DNA of 62,770 bases, the filler included, from Bipalium vagum (Eukaryota): assembly GCA_037834085.1 (NCBI GenBank). It is 3 parts of 3 records of this genome, joined end to end, with 100 filler letters (N's around TTAATTAATTAA, not from the genome) between each part and the next. Parts side by side here need not be neighbours in the genome. Positions count along the whole stretch, not along the records: positions 23,275 to 47,079 come from JBBMKC010206266.1; 2 more parts are not named here. One strand, 5' to 3'. Shown piece by piece: positions 27,180 through 41,725 of this stretch (position 1 is its first letter; each line of letters opens with the position of its first letter). The position numbers and the translations under genes were made by a program. The notes under the pieces were generated by a model. It saw only the letters and a program-made list of their open reading frames with translations, was not told the DNA's origin and ran no database searches.

Positions 27180-27525
27180 ACCAATGGCTGAACCTTTTAA
27201 CCTTATCAACGGCTTTCTAATGTCTTACAATTGTCTCGTGGGACTAGCGATGAATGTTTTAGCAAGATCCCGAACAGTTTGACTTGAATAAATCACACCT
27301 CGATCAATAATTCGGCATTATCAATGACATTTCCGGGCCTATCACGGTGTGCGTTTGATCGACTTTCTTCACCTTCCACAAATTTCAGATACCACAGACT
27401 AATACTGTTTTCATTAGATGTGTCTTTGCCAATTGCCAAATTAACGTAAACTGCGAGTCGTAATTTCCATTCGTATATTTAAATTGTGCAAATTTCTTTG
27501 TTTGTCAATTTGTGCGCCATTCTTA
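27180..27525 (-). mobile_element. Mariner 5' (HTH) fragment
   Basis: MAHKLTNKEI...LWYLKFVEGEES...RDRPGNVIDNAEL. Confidence 0.55.
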
Positions 27526-28412
27526 ATATTTTCCAAGAATTTATTGGATTATTTAAACAAACATGAAAGTACCATATTTAAATATGAAGATTTCAAAATG
27601 TAATATAATTCATTTGTGCAGCTTTACTGTGAAACATTCTTAAACGTTTGCCAAAATTAACTATTAAATCGAACATTTCATATGGCAACCTAAAAAATTG
27701 AAAATCAATAATATCAATAATTATAATGATTATATTAGAAATAATAATAGAATAATAATTGTAACAGCAATAATAATAATAATAATAATAATAAAACATT
27801 TTTTAATAATTTCAATCTTTGTACAAGCAAAAACATCCATTATAATTTCCATTCTCTTCTTTCTGCTTTCTACATGACTTAATGAAAATTAATTTTTCAT
27901 TTGAAATACAAAATTCAGTTAAAATAAAAAAAGAAAAAAGAAAAAAACATATTTCTTCAAAATATATTTTTCAAAAAAAAACTACAATTATTTAAAGACA
28001 GAAAACGGGAAAATATCTCTTCCTAGTTGAAATAATAATAATGATAATTTCGAAATATAAATATATAATTTTTTATTTATTAAAAATATATTATTATATT
28101 ATTATCACATATTTTATTTGGAGAGAAAAAAATATATTTTTTTATTTGTATAATTTGAAAATGATTCCCATTTTAATTTTCATTTCATTTTAATATTTGT
28201 AAAAAGAAAAAAGAATGTTTTTAATTAGCTTGTTTGATTCTAATGTTTTAATCGATGTTGGGAAGGGCGCTGGTTATGAAATAACGTTTAATATTGATGT
28301 GTAGTTCTTATTGATATCTTTCTTTTCCATTTATAATATGATGGATATTTTTTATTTATTTATTTATTTTGGTTTGGTTTGGTTTGAGAATGAGAAGACT
28401 TTTTGAAGAGAT

Positions 28413-29340
28413 ATTAGGGTTCTCAAATTGAAAGTTCGGTTTTCTCCATAAAATTTTAATTTTTTTAAACAAGTGACAAAACGAATTCAATCGATTATTT
28501 ATTCTCTATTTTATATACAACCTCTTCTCAACAATGTCATTGTTATACCAGGGACTGGGCTTTTCATTAAAGAACTGAGTCGAGGAAGTTTCGATATCAT
28601 GAATTCTGTCAAACTTTTTGCCACGAAGGAAATGTTGTAAAGATCGGAACAAATAGTAATCCGAAGGCGCGATGTCTGGGCTATTTGGAAGCTGGGACAT
28701 TATTTCTCTTTGAAAGGCTTTCAGCTTTTGCTGCGTCACTTTTGCAGTGTATGGCCTACCCTCGTCGTGATGAAAAATTATTTTGTTTCTATTGATCAAA
28801 GAAGGATGTTTTACAAGTAATACATCTCTCAAACGGTCAAGAAGTCCATGTCACAAGTCCATATTGTTCTGACAACATTATATGCAATCCTCACACATCT
28901 CAGCAGTGATGAAACGTGGGACAGAAAGAGATGACAACATACGAACTCAGAGAGCAAACTTTTTTGCGTTGTTTTGCGGGAGCCAATGTTAAGCCTACTT
29001 GCCAGCTCCTTGGTGGTAATCTTTCGTTCGCTGTTCGCATCGTTTCTTTAAATTGTCTTCAAAAATTTTTATAGGACGGCCAGGGAGCTCTTCATAATAA
29101 ACACTTTTTCTACCACGACGAAACTCGACAATCTAATAATAAATAATCTTTTTTGAAGGACATTTATACCCGTGCGTATCGGATAGTTGTCTGTGAATAT
29201 TGGCATTCAATTCTCCGCGCAAGAAGAGAAGTTTGATGACGCTTCTAAATTCGATTGAATCCATCTTTTATTTATTTCACACGCTAATTTACTACAAAAG
29301 AAATGGCAAATAAAACGATTTCCATTTCCATTACCCATAT
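28413..29340 (-). mobile_element. Chimeric, internally deleted mariner
   Basis: 3' half IIFHHDEGRPY...PNSPDIAPSDYYLFRSLQ with TIR TTAGGGTTCTCAAATTGAAAGTTCG; 5' half MDSIEFRSVIKLLFLRG...PGRP of a different type. Confidence 0.85.
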
Positions 29341-29469
29341 AAATTGTGTTTTCAAATATAATCAATATTTATCAATTTCCAATTATATTTCCATGTCTAG
29401 TCCGGATATCTAGGAAAGGCGCCACGAAAAAAATTTAAGTACCAAAAGTCTAAGGGGTTAAGTGTAAAT

Positions 29470-30600
29470 AATAATATCCACTTTTTCTCACTTGGAAAGA
29501 CTACATGCCTCATCTGTGGATCAAAGTGAACAATCATCATATACCAACTTTGCAAATATTGACTGTTCACGTCTTACATCTTCATCATCAAAACCAAAAA
29601 CTTCAGTTACTTTGTAATATCCAATTTGAAATCTGCAAATTCAGTTGATTCACCATTAAATGTCTTCACAGGTAACTTTGCATAATCCATTTTACACAGC
29701 TTAATCACTCTTTCACAAAAAATCTCAATCGGCATTACTCTAACAGACTTCCCAGAAACTACCTTCCTCTTAACATGTCAGTTCGATTTTGTCCGATTTT
29801 CTGTTATTTACTTCTAATTTTACTACACTTGGTTGTCTCTTTTTTCCTCCAGCTAGACTCAAATAATTACAAGGATTTTACACACAGACCTTTATACCGC
29901 ATTGATTAACTAAGGTTGAAAAAGTTCGATACAATGATTTTCACACAAAACCCTCAAATGAGCACTTTTCCTACAAAGGAACTCATAAATTATACCTAAG
30001 CATAAATCTCAATTTTGCTCCTCTTAAATTTTAATAACAACGACGGATTACGATGAGTCAGGTCTGGCAGCTCACCAAATAACGTGTTAATATCTGACTA
30101 GAAAATCTTACAGTTGAGTCGTGCATATATATTACTATTAATACGTGGTCTTGACCTAGGTCTCCACCCCATTAGTTTGACCGAATAACTTATTATCAAA
30201 TAACGTCCTTGAAAGATATAATGAAAATCAGCCCCTTCTTCCATAATACTTTTTATCATTCTTTACCGAAGTCATTTTATATTAACAAGATTTTGGAGAA
30301 GACCTTAGACCACGTAGGTAAAGAACCTATAATCTTAATCGTCTTTATACTGTTAAACACCAACTTATTAGAGGAGTCAATTTTGAGGTCGTTGGCAACG
30401 TTGTTTCCTCATTTACATCACGGATAAAACCAAAGCTGATTTTTGTAGGGTAAAGATTTAGAGCCTGCTGACCTTGAATAATTTACAATTTACAACTTTT
30501 ATTTTATTTATTCTTTTATATCGGAATTTCGTCACCGAGGGACTCGAAAGAGATGGAATAATTTGATGTCCATGGTCTCAGGCTGTCCTTTTTCAGCTCT
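29470..30600 (-). mobile_element. LTR retrotransposon 5' fragment (LTR-like region, PBS, gag start)
   Basis: Minus-strand PBS-like TGGTGAGCTGCCAG at 30064-30077, then gag-like MDYAKLPVKTFNGESTEFADF from 29690. LTR limits uncertain. Confidence 0.45.
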
Positions 30601-30753
30601 CAACGCCAAGAGTATTTTCATTATTATAAAATTATTTTCTAGAAAACTGAAATTATTAATTACTTCCTTGCTATAATTTTCTGTTCCAAATTTTGAGAAA
30701 TTATTCTGAAATTTTTAGTAAAATATTATTTATTTTATTAATATTCCTATTAT

Positions 30754-31001
30754 NNNNNNNNNNNNNNNNNNNNNNNNNNNNNNNNNNNNNNNNNNNNNNN
30801 NNNNNNNNNNNNNNNNNNNNNNNNNNNNNNNNNNNNNNNNNNNNNNNNNNNNNNNNNNNNNNNNNNNNNNNNNNNNNNNNNNNNNNNNNNNNNNNNNNNN
30901 NNNNNNNNNNNNNNNNNNNNNNNNNNNNNNNNNNNNNNNNNNNNNNNNNNNNNNNNNNNNNNNNNNNNNNNNNNNNNNNNNNNNNNNNNNNNNNNNNNNN
31001 N
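30754..31001. other. Assembly gap (N run)
   Basis: Continuous Ns with no linker motif. Confidence 0.95.
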
Positions 31002-32414
31002 TGAAAAAAATGTATCAAAAATTTCTATCTCTTCGAATTTATTCTCAACTTTTCTTTCTTACTTTTTTTTACATTAATGTCATAAGTCCTGTTACATCTT
31101 AGGTACTTAACATTGATCCCAACGTCGAATAAGTAATAATTGAGTTCGCTGAGATATAATCTGGGCATTTTAATATTCGATTAATATTTTTGTCACAATT
31201 CTTTTTATTTTACCGCCTTTTTATTTAAGACGACATCCATATCAAAATTATCCCTTGGATAAAAAAGCTGCACGACTCAAATTTCTCAGTAAAATAGAAA
31301 ACGAAATAAAGTAGAAACATCTAATTATCTTTTGATCTTTAGAAATGAAATTGCAATGATAATTCTAACATATTTGTCTTAAGATCAGATCATTATATCA
31401 AAATTGTTAAAATAATTATGAATAAGAAACCAAATCAGAATGAATTATACAAATAATAGCATTATTTCGTTGAAGCTGGGATATGTGATCCTGTCTTCGG
31501 ACAAGAACAGATTTTTCTTGAATTAGGAGACTAACTTACTACGACTATAATAAATCACAAAAATGTTAAGAAATAAACTGAGAACAGAATTTTATAAATA
31601 GGACATATTATATGATTTCAGTAATGATATTGTAGCTGCATTGAGAGGTAAATATTGTAGTCATTATATTGAAGTCATCCACTATAACCGTTAGGGTATG
31701 GTTTTGGGTATATTAAAATCAGATTGACACTGTCTAAAATGTTTTTTTATATATTTATGTTTTATATTAATATGAATATTAAATATCAAGTATTTTCTAA
31801 GGAAGAAGAAATCTCTGGGACTAAGAACAATTAGATAAGATACAAATATCGTAAAGACTGATATTGTAAAACAAAATATTTATTTTAATGATCTCTACAG
31901 ATTTAGAAAGGGTTGAAACCTAACGATAGATTTGTTTTCTAATTATAAATTATTTCTTTTAACTGTTTTAATATGAAACACCACATTTCCTACAAAAAAA
32001 ATATTCATTTAATCAATATTGTTTTTTTCTTTTTCATGTTTTTAAATTTTTTCTTTTACTCTTTATTCCTCAATAAAATTTACAGAAATGAAATTCTAGA
32101 ATAGAATGATAAAAATAAATAATAAAATAAATGATGACAGGTTTTGGTTTTGAAGAAAAAATATCAAATTTAGAGAAAAACAAAAAAATAAATAAAGAAA
32201 AAAATATTTCGATAAAAACAAGGTAGTCAGTAAACACTTATAATATTTTTATAGTGATTAAAAAATATGATGTTATTGTACTTTAGAAATTATGCTAAAG
32301 AAGTCTACTTTAGCTTCTGAAGAGAAATGAGGCGATTGATAAAATAATAAAAATGATGAAGTTACATTTCAGAGATTATTTAAACAAAACAAAAATATAA
32401 AATATATATCTATA

Positions 32415-33498
32415 TACGAGGTGTTTCATAATTAACATTCCATATTTGTCATTATTAATGTATTTAAATAAAATCAATTTTCAATTTTTTTTAATTTTTA
32501 ATTTTTTAAAATTTACATTTGTCTAAATAAATTAATAAAGCTGATTTTTAAATAAATGCTATCAATCAAAGACCGCATATTTCCAATGAAGCTATACTAC
32601 AAGAAAGGTGAATCTATAGAACGAGGTATCCGAGAATTTGGAAATGCACGCAATATCAAAAGAAAGTAGTTACCTAATGGCCATACTGTCCATGCGTTGA
32701 TTAAAAATTCGAAACGAATGGAACAGTTCATGATTTACCGAGAAGCGAAGAAAACGAAATGAAGACGTAGGGGAAATCGTGAAATCATCGGCAAATCAGA
32801 CTTTGCATTTAACCTTCACTATTGCTAACCTACTATTGCTAATGTATATTGTGTTTCTAAAACAAGTACGTGCAGAATTTTATTTCATGAATTAAAACTT
32901 TATCCGTATAAGCTAAGAGTTTGGCAAGTGTTGTCTGCTAACAGCCAAATGAACAGTGCTTCTTTTTGTCAAAAATTCCTTTCAAAATTTGATGACTAAG
33001 AAACGTTCTTAGAAACTACCAGGTGGAACTATAAAGTCAAATTTTCCAATTTCTTCCAAGCCAAACATGCAAAATAGTCGTTTCTGGACTGAAGATAAAT
33101 GAGAAGTGCCAATAATTGAGATACTTATGTTTTCTCAAACATTCATAGTGTTTGCAGCTTTCAACATTCGCCATGTTCTGCAACCATTTTTCTTTAAAGA
33201 GAACAAAAAACCGTTATTGGTAAATGTTGAGAGATATAGTGAAATGACTATTCGCTACTTCATTTCACAGCTAAAACAAATGCGTATTGGATTTAGCTCC
33301 TCCCCATACTGATATAGCAAAAAAACCTAATCTCCAGTTCTGTTGCTGACAGCGTAATAAGCAAAGGTTTTCTAATGATGATGTATTGTATATTTAATCC
33401 GCAACCATTTTAATGTCAATTAAGTCATTTCAGAATAGTTTTGTTTTCTAATTCTGTTGTATAAGAAAACAGGTATATTAATTATGAAACACCATGTA
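32415..33498 (+). mobile_element. rosa/maT-type (DD41D/DD37D-like) Tc1/mariner element with internal deletion
   Basis: TIRs TA-CGAGGTGTTTCATAATTAA / TTAATTATGAAACACCATG-TA; FETNGTVHDLPRS, ELKLYPYKL, QNSRFW, PFFF...VNVERY. Confidence 0.85.
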
Positions 33499-33779
33499 TA
33501 TTTTATTATATACATATTTAATATAATTTAAAATATTTATTTAGATGTGATAGTATTAACTATTTATTTTAAAAAGGAAAAGTATGCCGAATTTTTTAAT
33601 TTAGTCAGACTAAGATTTAATAATTTATCTTCAATTGATGATCCATAGATTATTAAGGTACAAAAAAAATTTTCTATTGCATCTGGACTATGAGATAACC
33701 AATCTACAGGTTTTATATTCTGGTTGTATTAATTTTTACATATTGTCTTAATTAATTAAAATTTACAAAGATGGTAACA

Positions 33780-34330
33780 TAATGTAGACAATTTAATTTA
33801 TGAATATTACAGAAGTTTGAAAGCATAAGAAACCGATCACAATTTGAATGAAACGCTTAAACCGCATAGAGCACCGCGAACAATGTTTCATTTGTTATAA
33901 AAGTAGAAAAGAAGACTTGGAAGATGAAATCCATTGTAACCATTCATCGGCCCTGACAATAGAGAATTTAACGCTTAAATCGAAACTAACCCACAACCAA
34001 AATCCAGGGACCTTGTTAAAGAATGGAGTATAGAATATCCAACAGAACAGCACAAGAACTCATTAAATATATCCCGAAAGAATGGTGAACGGAAAACAAA
34101 TAAATGTTCGTCAATTTCATTTGAGATGCTGTAAAATTTATGAAATCAAGTACTTTTTTCTTTCAGCCATCCAAAAGGAATTTTGTGGTGATTGCTTTTG
34201 CCTGAAGTAATTTTTGCAAAATTTCAGGTATTGGTATTTGAAGTGTCAACTTCGGAATGAAAAATCTTTCAAAAATTTTTTCGGTCATATGCAAAAGTGT
34301 GTTGACACTTAAGAGATTATTATTTTTCAA
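33780..34330 (+). mobile_element. Degenerate mariner fragment
   Basis: KSRKEDLEDE HTH-linker segment and a C-terminal MQKCVD-like segment. Confidence 0.45.
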
Positions 34331-34382
34331 TAAATTAAAATTATTTTTGGTTTGGTTTGTCCTTTACAAGATTTTGCAAAAT

Positions 34383-35590
34383 TATTAGGATTTTAAATTT
34401 GAAAGTTCGTATTTTATATAATATTTAATACCATTGTTTTAATATTGTTAATATCGTTCATAATAAGGACAACTTTTAAAATCAAAAGTCGATGTAAAGT
34501 ATGAGAAATAAATAAAAAAAATTGTAAAAAATTTTTAACGTATTTATAAATAAACAAAATTTTCAAAATGACGCTCACATTCGGAATTGTATACTGTACG
34601 AGTTTAAGCGGGGATCAAATGCCACCGTTACCACTAAAAATATTAAAAATCTTTATGGTGAAATTCTTAATATTCGCAAATGCCACAAATGATTCGATCG
34701 GTTTTAGAAATGGCATCTACAATATGTGGTGGATAGTGATGTGAAAAAACCTATGATCGAAACAGATCCTAGAAAAAAAATTGAACAATTGCACGATGTT
34801 AAACTTTAGTATCACACAACCACAAAAAGATACTGACAAAAGCAATAGATGCAGTGTTTGGTTAGCTCTTAATTTAACTTTAGAACAGATAAAAAATCGA
34901 CTCAAGATCTGTTACTCATTATTCATTCGACATTTAAAAAAACTATTCTTCTAAAAGTGGATTGTGATTGAAGATGAAAAGTGAATAATGTATAAGAATC
35001 TACAAAACGATATTCAGTGTTTATCGCCAGCCTAAACTCTTGTACCAGTGGTTAAAGCAGGTATTCATCTAAAGAAAGTCTTATTGAGTGTCTTCTGGGA
35101 TTGAAAAGAAGTAATTCACTTTTAATTATTGGAAATGTGTCACCAATAAATTTCGATGTATACTGTAAAATTTTTTACTTTTTGAGATATGCGTCCATTG
35201 TAAACATTCTTCCTTGATCAACATAAACAATAATATTTCATCACAACTGGAGTAGGCTAAACACTGCAAAAGTAAAGCACCAGAAGCTGATAGCCTTTCA
35301 ATGCTAAATAATGCTTCAGCCTCCAAATAACTTAGGCAATTTGTCCAGATCTTTACAATATTTCCTTTGCTGCAAACAGAATGACAGAATTCATCGTCCT
35401 GTCTCAGTTCTTTAATGAAAAGCTCAGTTCTCGGTATGGCAATGCATTGAAAGTTTGATCAAACATTAGGAAGAGGTTGTAGATAAAAATGGATAATATA
35501 AAGTTGATTGACTTCGTTTTTCGATTTGTTTAAATTAGTGAATTTTAATTTTCTATAAGAACGAACTTTCAATTTGAAAACTCAAATAAT
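34383..35590 (+). mobile_element. Full-length degenerate mariner (both TIRs)
   Basis: TIRs TTAGGATTTTAAATTTGAAAGTTCG / CGAACTTTCAATTTGAAAACTCAAA; HIRNCILYEFKRGSNA, IVIEDEK*IMY. Same TIR and C-terminus family as the 28413 copy. Confidence 0.85.
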
Positions 35591-36250
35591 TATCAAGAAA
35601 TATTATTAAGAAAATTCTGAATTTGTTAATATGAATATTTTATTGGAAATTATCTTTGTATCTGTCATCTCTTAAACAAAAGTGCTCAAAAATGATACTA
35701 TTTACTATTTGTGAGATAAATTGAAAATTAGTCTGAGGATGTAGCTCAAATGGTTAATTTTCAACTTACACTATTAATTAAAATCAAAGAACGAGTAAAG
35801 GCAAATTATTTTATAAACAAAAAATATATTATTACTATAAAATAAAAGTAAAAGTATTAAGTTATTCATTTTTTAAAGATTTCCAAATATAAAAGAGAAA
35901 AACGATTTCATAAAAATGTCAAATCAATAAATAAAAGAAAATAAACAAATTAAAGACTTGTTTATTTATAAAAATTCTAAAAATACTAATTTTAAATGAA
36001 GGAATAGTCAATAAACACCTTATTACACATTTCGTACTGTTGCAAAATACTTCAATTAACAAATTCCATAATGACTGAAACATTTTGCTCATTAGTAAAT
36101 GCGCAAGAAAAAAACTAAAAGTAACATCAAAGAACTTTTATGTAATAGAAGTCAAAGGATACTAAAACTTAGCGATAAGTCTCAAAAATAATAACAGGTT
36201 ATTAATAAAAGAATAATTTATCATTGAGACTCAGTAATATAGTATTTATA

Positions 36251-36660
36251 TACGAGGGCTTGTCAAAAGTTCTCTGAAAAATAAAAAAAATTATATTTTA
36301 TTAATGTTAAAAGCATAATTATACGATCATAAGAAAGACAACATGATCAAGTCTGTGTTTAAATGAAATAATTGTGTTTTTCATTATCTAGTCACTTGGA
36401 CAACACTTTGAAATGAAAAACTTCAAAATTAGATGTGACATGTAATATTTCACTAGATTGATTAGAAGTATTCTATGATTATTGATGCAATATAGGAGGT
36501 GTATGGAAACTTTTGACCTTCTAGTACAATAATTTAGGAATTGATAAGATATTTAATGAAGACAGAAAAACTGAAGGATGACCCACAAAAAATAGACCCA
36601 TGATTTAAAAAAGTCCAGCTTATGCCAGCTCTAGTTGAGAAAGATCGTCGTGACACTATT
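36251..36660 (+). mobile_element. Mariner 5' fragment
   Basis: TA-CGAGGGCTTGTCAAAAGTT terminus and a decayed MKNFKIR...EVYG HTH. Confidence 0.55.
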
Positions 36661-37294
36661 GATAAATATATATATGTTTTAATACACACATAAGTAACTA
36701 AATTTTCAAACTTTTATTTTTTTATCCTTTATTATAAAATTATTTAATAATGATAGCTTATTTCATTGTTCTTCTTTAACGTTTAATATGTAATAAATAA
36801 TGAATGAGATTATTCATGTATTCTAGGATTGAATCATTTTCTTTCTCTTCTTGAATATTAATAATACATTACTACCATACCGTTTATAAACCAGCTGTTT
36901 ACTTTCATTGAACTCATCTTTTTTCTTTTCTCATTTATTCTTAAATGAATAACCTCATGTTATTTTTAAAAGTGTTCCCATAAAAATTAAATCTATTTAC
37001 ATGAACCACTCACTGTGTAATGAAAATGAAAATTCTTTAGTACAAAATACCAATAATTTCTTTATACTAAATTCTTCGTTGATGTTTTTATTCCCCTTAT
37101 CTTTCCAGAAAAGAAACACATAAGTGAACTGTTTCTAATATTGATACATTGATAAATAAGCCATATTTATGAAAATAAGATGATCTTTGTCAGACATTTT
37201 ATCATAATTATTTACAAAATTGCATAATTCAAAATTATCTTTCACGGATCATGTTTAGTTTTCAACCCACTTGAGTTAGATAAAATACTTGATC

Positions 37295-37472
37295 AAAAAC
37301 AGTGGGTTAAAGAAAAACCTTGTCTTCAATGGCTTAAAAAAGAACATTGTGCAATGGATTACAAAAAACCTTTTCTTCGATGGGTTAGGAAAAAATATGT
37401 TGCAATTGGTTACAAAAAAAATCTTGTCAATGGATTTTTAAAAATTGTCATCAAGGGGTTAAGAAAAATGTT
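37295..37472. repeat. Degenerate ~25-bp minisatellite
   Basis: About seven imperfect units of the form AAAAAA-x-TGT-x-CAATGG(G/A)TT. Confidence 0.55.
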
Positions 37473-40299
37473 ATATAAACTCCTATGCGTGAAAATATTT
37501 TTGATCTTAGTCAACAGTAGAAGTGTTACTGTTGACTAAAATAGTGTTGACTTTGATACTTATTATAAGAACCGTGGTTAAAAAAGGATGATGAGTGGAA
37601 AGCCTATTGTCAATAGGCTAAAGATAAAAATTTTACTCATGGTACATTCAATCACAAACATAATTTTGTGAACAAAGAGACCAGTTCCAATACCCAGAAA
37701 ATTAAAATTATCTGGAAAACATTAAAAAACAAAAAAAATATTCGAAAGGAATTAATGGAACGGTTCTGAAGTTTTACCTGGACAAATGGACGTGGAGACA
37801 AAATTTTCTTAAGAAAGACCTCAATGCCGTATTTGATTTCTTAAATAAGTTTGATTAATAAATTGTTTCTATTGTTTATATTAATTTTGTATGTTTATTT
37901 TTTTTGTAATTTATTTTTTTTAATATTTTCTGATTGGAAAAAACATGGTTAGAATATAAACACTCAGTTGGAAAATGAACATGGTTAGCTGTGATGGATT
38001 ATAAAACAGACATGACAACCATAAGTGGATTAGAAAAAAAACATGGGTTGAAAACTAAACATGATCATCTTCCACTTCACATTTTATTTTCATTAATGAT
38101 TTCAATAATCCATCCAAAAAATTTTGTAACTTTGTATTGATTACAATTTTTCATGAAGAGACTGGTCAAAGGATATTTCAAGATTGTATTATAAATGATA
38201 TTCTATACCTTCAGAATCTTTTACTAAGAGTCGCTTAATTAAAAACTGAAACATTAATTAAGTTCATAAGACTAAAATCAAATAATGACAACGTTGTGAA
38301 CACTTATTTTGAATATAGAAAAAATGATTTGAAATTAGAAAAAAGATAGATATTCTAATTGAATGCAGACATCCATAATTAATACCGAAACTTGTCGGTA
38401 AACTGAAAATGTGAAATTTTAAGTAATTTCTACAAAAGCATTTTCTCCACCGACCTGTCTCTTTTACAGAGATGGATTTAATATTAATTTGACGAGTCGA
38501 ATTTAAAAAGCTTGTTATAATTTTCGAAGAATCATGGATGTCTGTCATCATGGTCTCTTGAGGAATCTAGGAAATCAGACAAATATGATAATATACCGAA
38601 CTTCTTTTTAAATATTTATGTTCAAAACTGTACGTGTGAAAATATCAAATTTCTTTTGGTAATTTTTAGTGAGAGATTCACATTTCTTAAATCCATATTA
38701 AAATTTAATTTTATTGTGAAAAATGTTCATTTTAAACTATCCAACGTTTTACTTAACAGAGATTTTATTGTAAAAATGTGACCCTTGTATAAATGAATTT
38801 CACCACATTTTACACCATAAAATTAATAAAATTTCATTTTATTCCCCAGTTTTATAGACAACATTGACCTAAGTTTGCCCAATTATATATTTCTTTGAAA
38901 TATGTCTTTTTAATTAATATAGAACTTTAATAAATTAATAAATAAAAAAGGTTCAAAATAAAATCAATTATTTTTAGTGTTATTTAATGTATAACTAATT
39001 CACAGCCTTTGAGAACTGTTATTGCCCAAAACCAATAAAATAAGCCAAATATTATTATAGATTTTTTCAAGTAAAATAAATTTATTTAAAAATTTTTTAA
39101 AAATAATTTTTATTTATTTTTTAAAGACCTTTAATGCCTAAAATTAGTTCAATGATGTACTTTTTGCGTAGAAATTAATATTATATATAAAATTTACAAG
39201 TTTGTTTGATATTATCCAAATAGTTTTTAAAAACCAAAATGAAAGGAAAATATTATTATAAAATGTTTTACAATAAATCAGTGAAATTAATCTGAAACCA
39301 GAAAGTGGTTAGATTTTTTCTTTTACCGGAAATTGAAACCTGTATACCGCCAATAAAAATATATTGATATTTTCGACAAATCCACAAAAAAACATTTAAT
39401 AAATAATATTTTTGTTCATGATGTTTTATTCAGTCATTTTTTCTGAAAAGTTTTGATATGAAAATTAATCAATTAAAAAAAATATTGTAAAAATTTTTTA
39501 AAAAATTTTAATATTGTATTTTAATTTTCTATAATTATTTTTTTTATTTTTGGATATATATATTTCCGAAAAATTGTCCTAAGATTTCAAATTATTTAAT
39601 AAAAAACGAAAATTATCCTTCATATTTTGAGAAATGATATCTAAAATAGTATAATTAAAAATCTACAAATTTATAATTAAAATTTATCGCTTCAAGGAAC
39701 GAAGCTTTGATATTTGTAAAACTAATTTATTTAAAATAAGCAGTTTTTACCAAAATTTTTAAGAATTTTTTTTTTATAAAATTTATCTTTTTTTATATTT
39801 TATTATTCATTTCAACAAAATAATATATCAGAAATGTAATTTTAAAAAAGTTCATTAATAAAAAAAATATTACCATAACCCTTCTCAAGGTTTATCTCCA
39901 TGCTTAATATTTTATAAATATTCATAATATTACAATTTTATTCTTAAAAATATTTTACAACATTTTAATAAAATGTATTTAATTCATTTTTCAATTAAAT
40001 TTTCATTTATTTAATGCATTTAACTCAATGTTAAAACATTTCATAATTATTTCGAAAAATGTTCATCGAATTAAAATCTTATTAAAACCAGGTTGCAATT
40101 TACAGCGCAGTAAATAATTGTTTTGAGAAGATAACATTCAGTACAGATAACAACAAAACTTTATCCATGAATCACCTTGAATTTTATTATTATTTTCAAT
40201 AATAAATAATTAAATATATATTTAAAATAAAAATAAATATAATTATTATATTATTTATTGACAATATTAATTATAAATATTAATAGCTGACGAAACAAA

Positions 40300-41420
40300 G
40301 TATTAGTATAAGTTAGTTTCTATCGTTTTATTGTAGATTAATTTATAATCTAATTTGTTATATTTGTGAAAGAAAATAAAACAAAAAAATTATATTTGCC
40401 TGTATTTGTTAAAATTATTAATATCAATTATTTGTTTAAATTGATTAACTTGGTTATAATGTAAGCAAAATATTTACCGACAGAGATCATTTACTGAAAT
40501 TAGTTTATTCTTATTTCAAAGAAATCAGCAGCAAGAATCGATAGATTTGTGTTACAAGCTTATTGCGAACATTGACTATCAAAAGCAACATGGAGAGAAT
40601 GATTTTGTCGGTTTCAGAGTGATGACTATACCGTAAAAAATAAATTTTAAGCCTTTTGAAAAAGTTTGAAAATGAAGACTCATAAGCACTAATCCAAGAA
40701 GACTTATGCGAAATAATTGATAAAATAAACAAAAGTGGATTGATGCATAGCAAATAAGTGAAATGACCGAAAAGCATCAAGAAAACTGTAAAAGTTTCTC
40801 CGAAATCCATCTTACAAGGTTCTTCTTTTGCTTTCAAAACTGTCAATTGTAATGAAAAATGAAAGCGGTATGAAAATCGTAGATTGTTAGCATCGACAAC
40901 ACGAAGATTAACGAATGAAGATAAAGTATTTGTACATATCTGGCGCGACAAAATATGAATTTTGTATTATGATCTGTGGAAACATCCGGTAAACAGTATC
41001 AACAACAATTGCTCGATTTAAATCAACCAACCAGTTTCAAAAGATCACAATATGCTTCTTACACAGACAAAATAACATTATTTACGACAAGCCACATGTT
41101 GCAATTCGAGTAAAGGTAACTTTGAAATTAGTTGATAGAGTGGCCTTATTCCACTCTCCTTACCCACCAAACATTGTACCAACTTCCACATGTTTCACTC
41201 CACGCTGTATTTTCCTGCTGAGTACACATTTAAATCTGACGAAGAAATTAAAAATTGGATTGATTGTTTCAACGGATCAAAATTTCAACAATCGCACAAC
41301 TCATTCTTTGTGACTGAAAGAAAATCAAATGTGACAGCTACCAACGGATTAATTTATAATGAAATAAATGTTTCGTTACTTAAAAAAAACCTATGGAAAA
41401 TAATTCTCACACCTACAAAA
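40300..41420 (+). mobile_element. Degenerate mariner, Mos1/mauritiana-like
   Basis: KKFENED..ALIQED, HSPYPPNIVPT, AEYTFKSDEEIKNWIDCF. Confidence 0.75.
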
Positions 41421-41725
41421 TTAAAATAAATCAATATAAACATTTACAAAAACATAAAAATAACTCATGAAACAAACAAGTAATTATATATCTTAAAAGC
41501 AATAAAATATAAAATGCTCATACAACAGAAGACATTATCACAAAGTGACAATGACCTCGACATCGAAATTGCATGGAGAGGCACCTCACTGATAATTGTA
41601 TATCATTAACTATTGATTTTGCTTTTATCAAATATTTGAGAAATAATACAAAAATATAAAAATTAAAAAAAATTTTATTATTTTATTTTTATTTTAAGTT
41701 CGATTTTTACAATGGATAAAAAAAC

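Noticed and set aside
30693-31018. ORFs in the track spanning X runs
   Set aside because: Artefacts of the N gap.
31200-31950. Possible hAT C-terminal remnant
   Set aside because: Too decayed to support a call.
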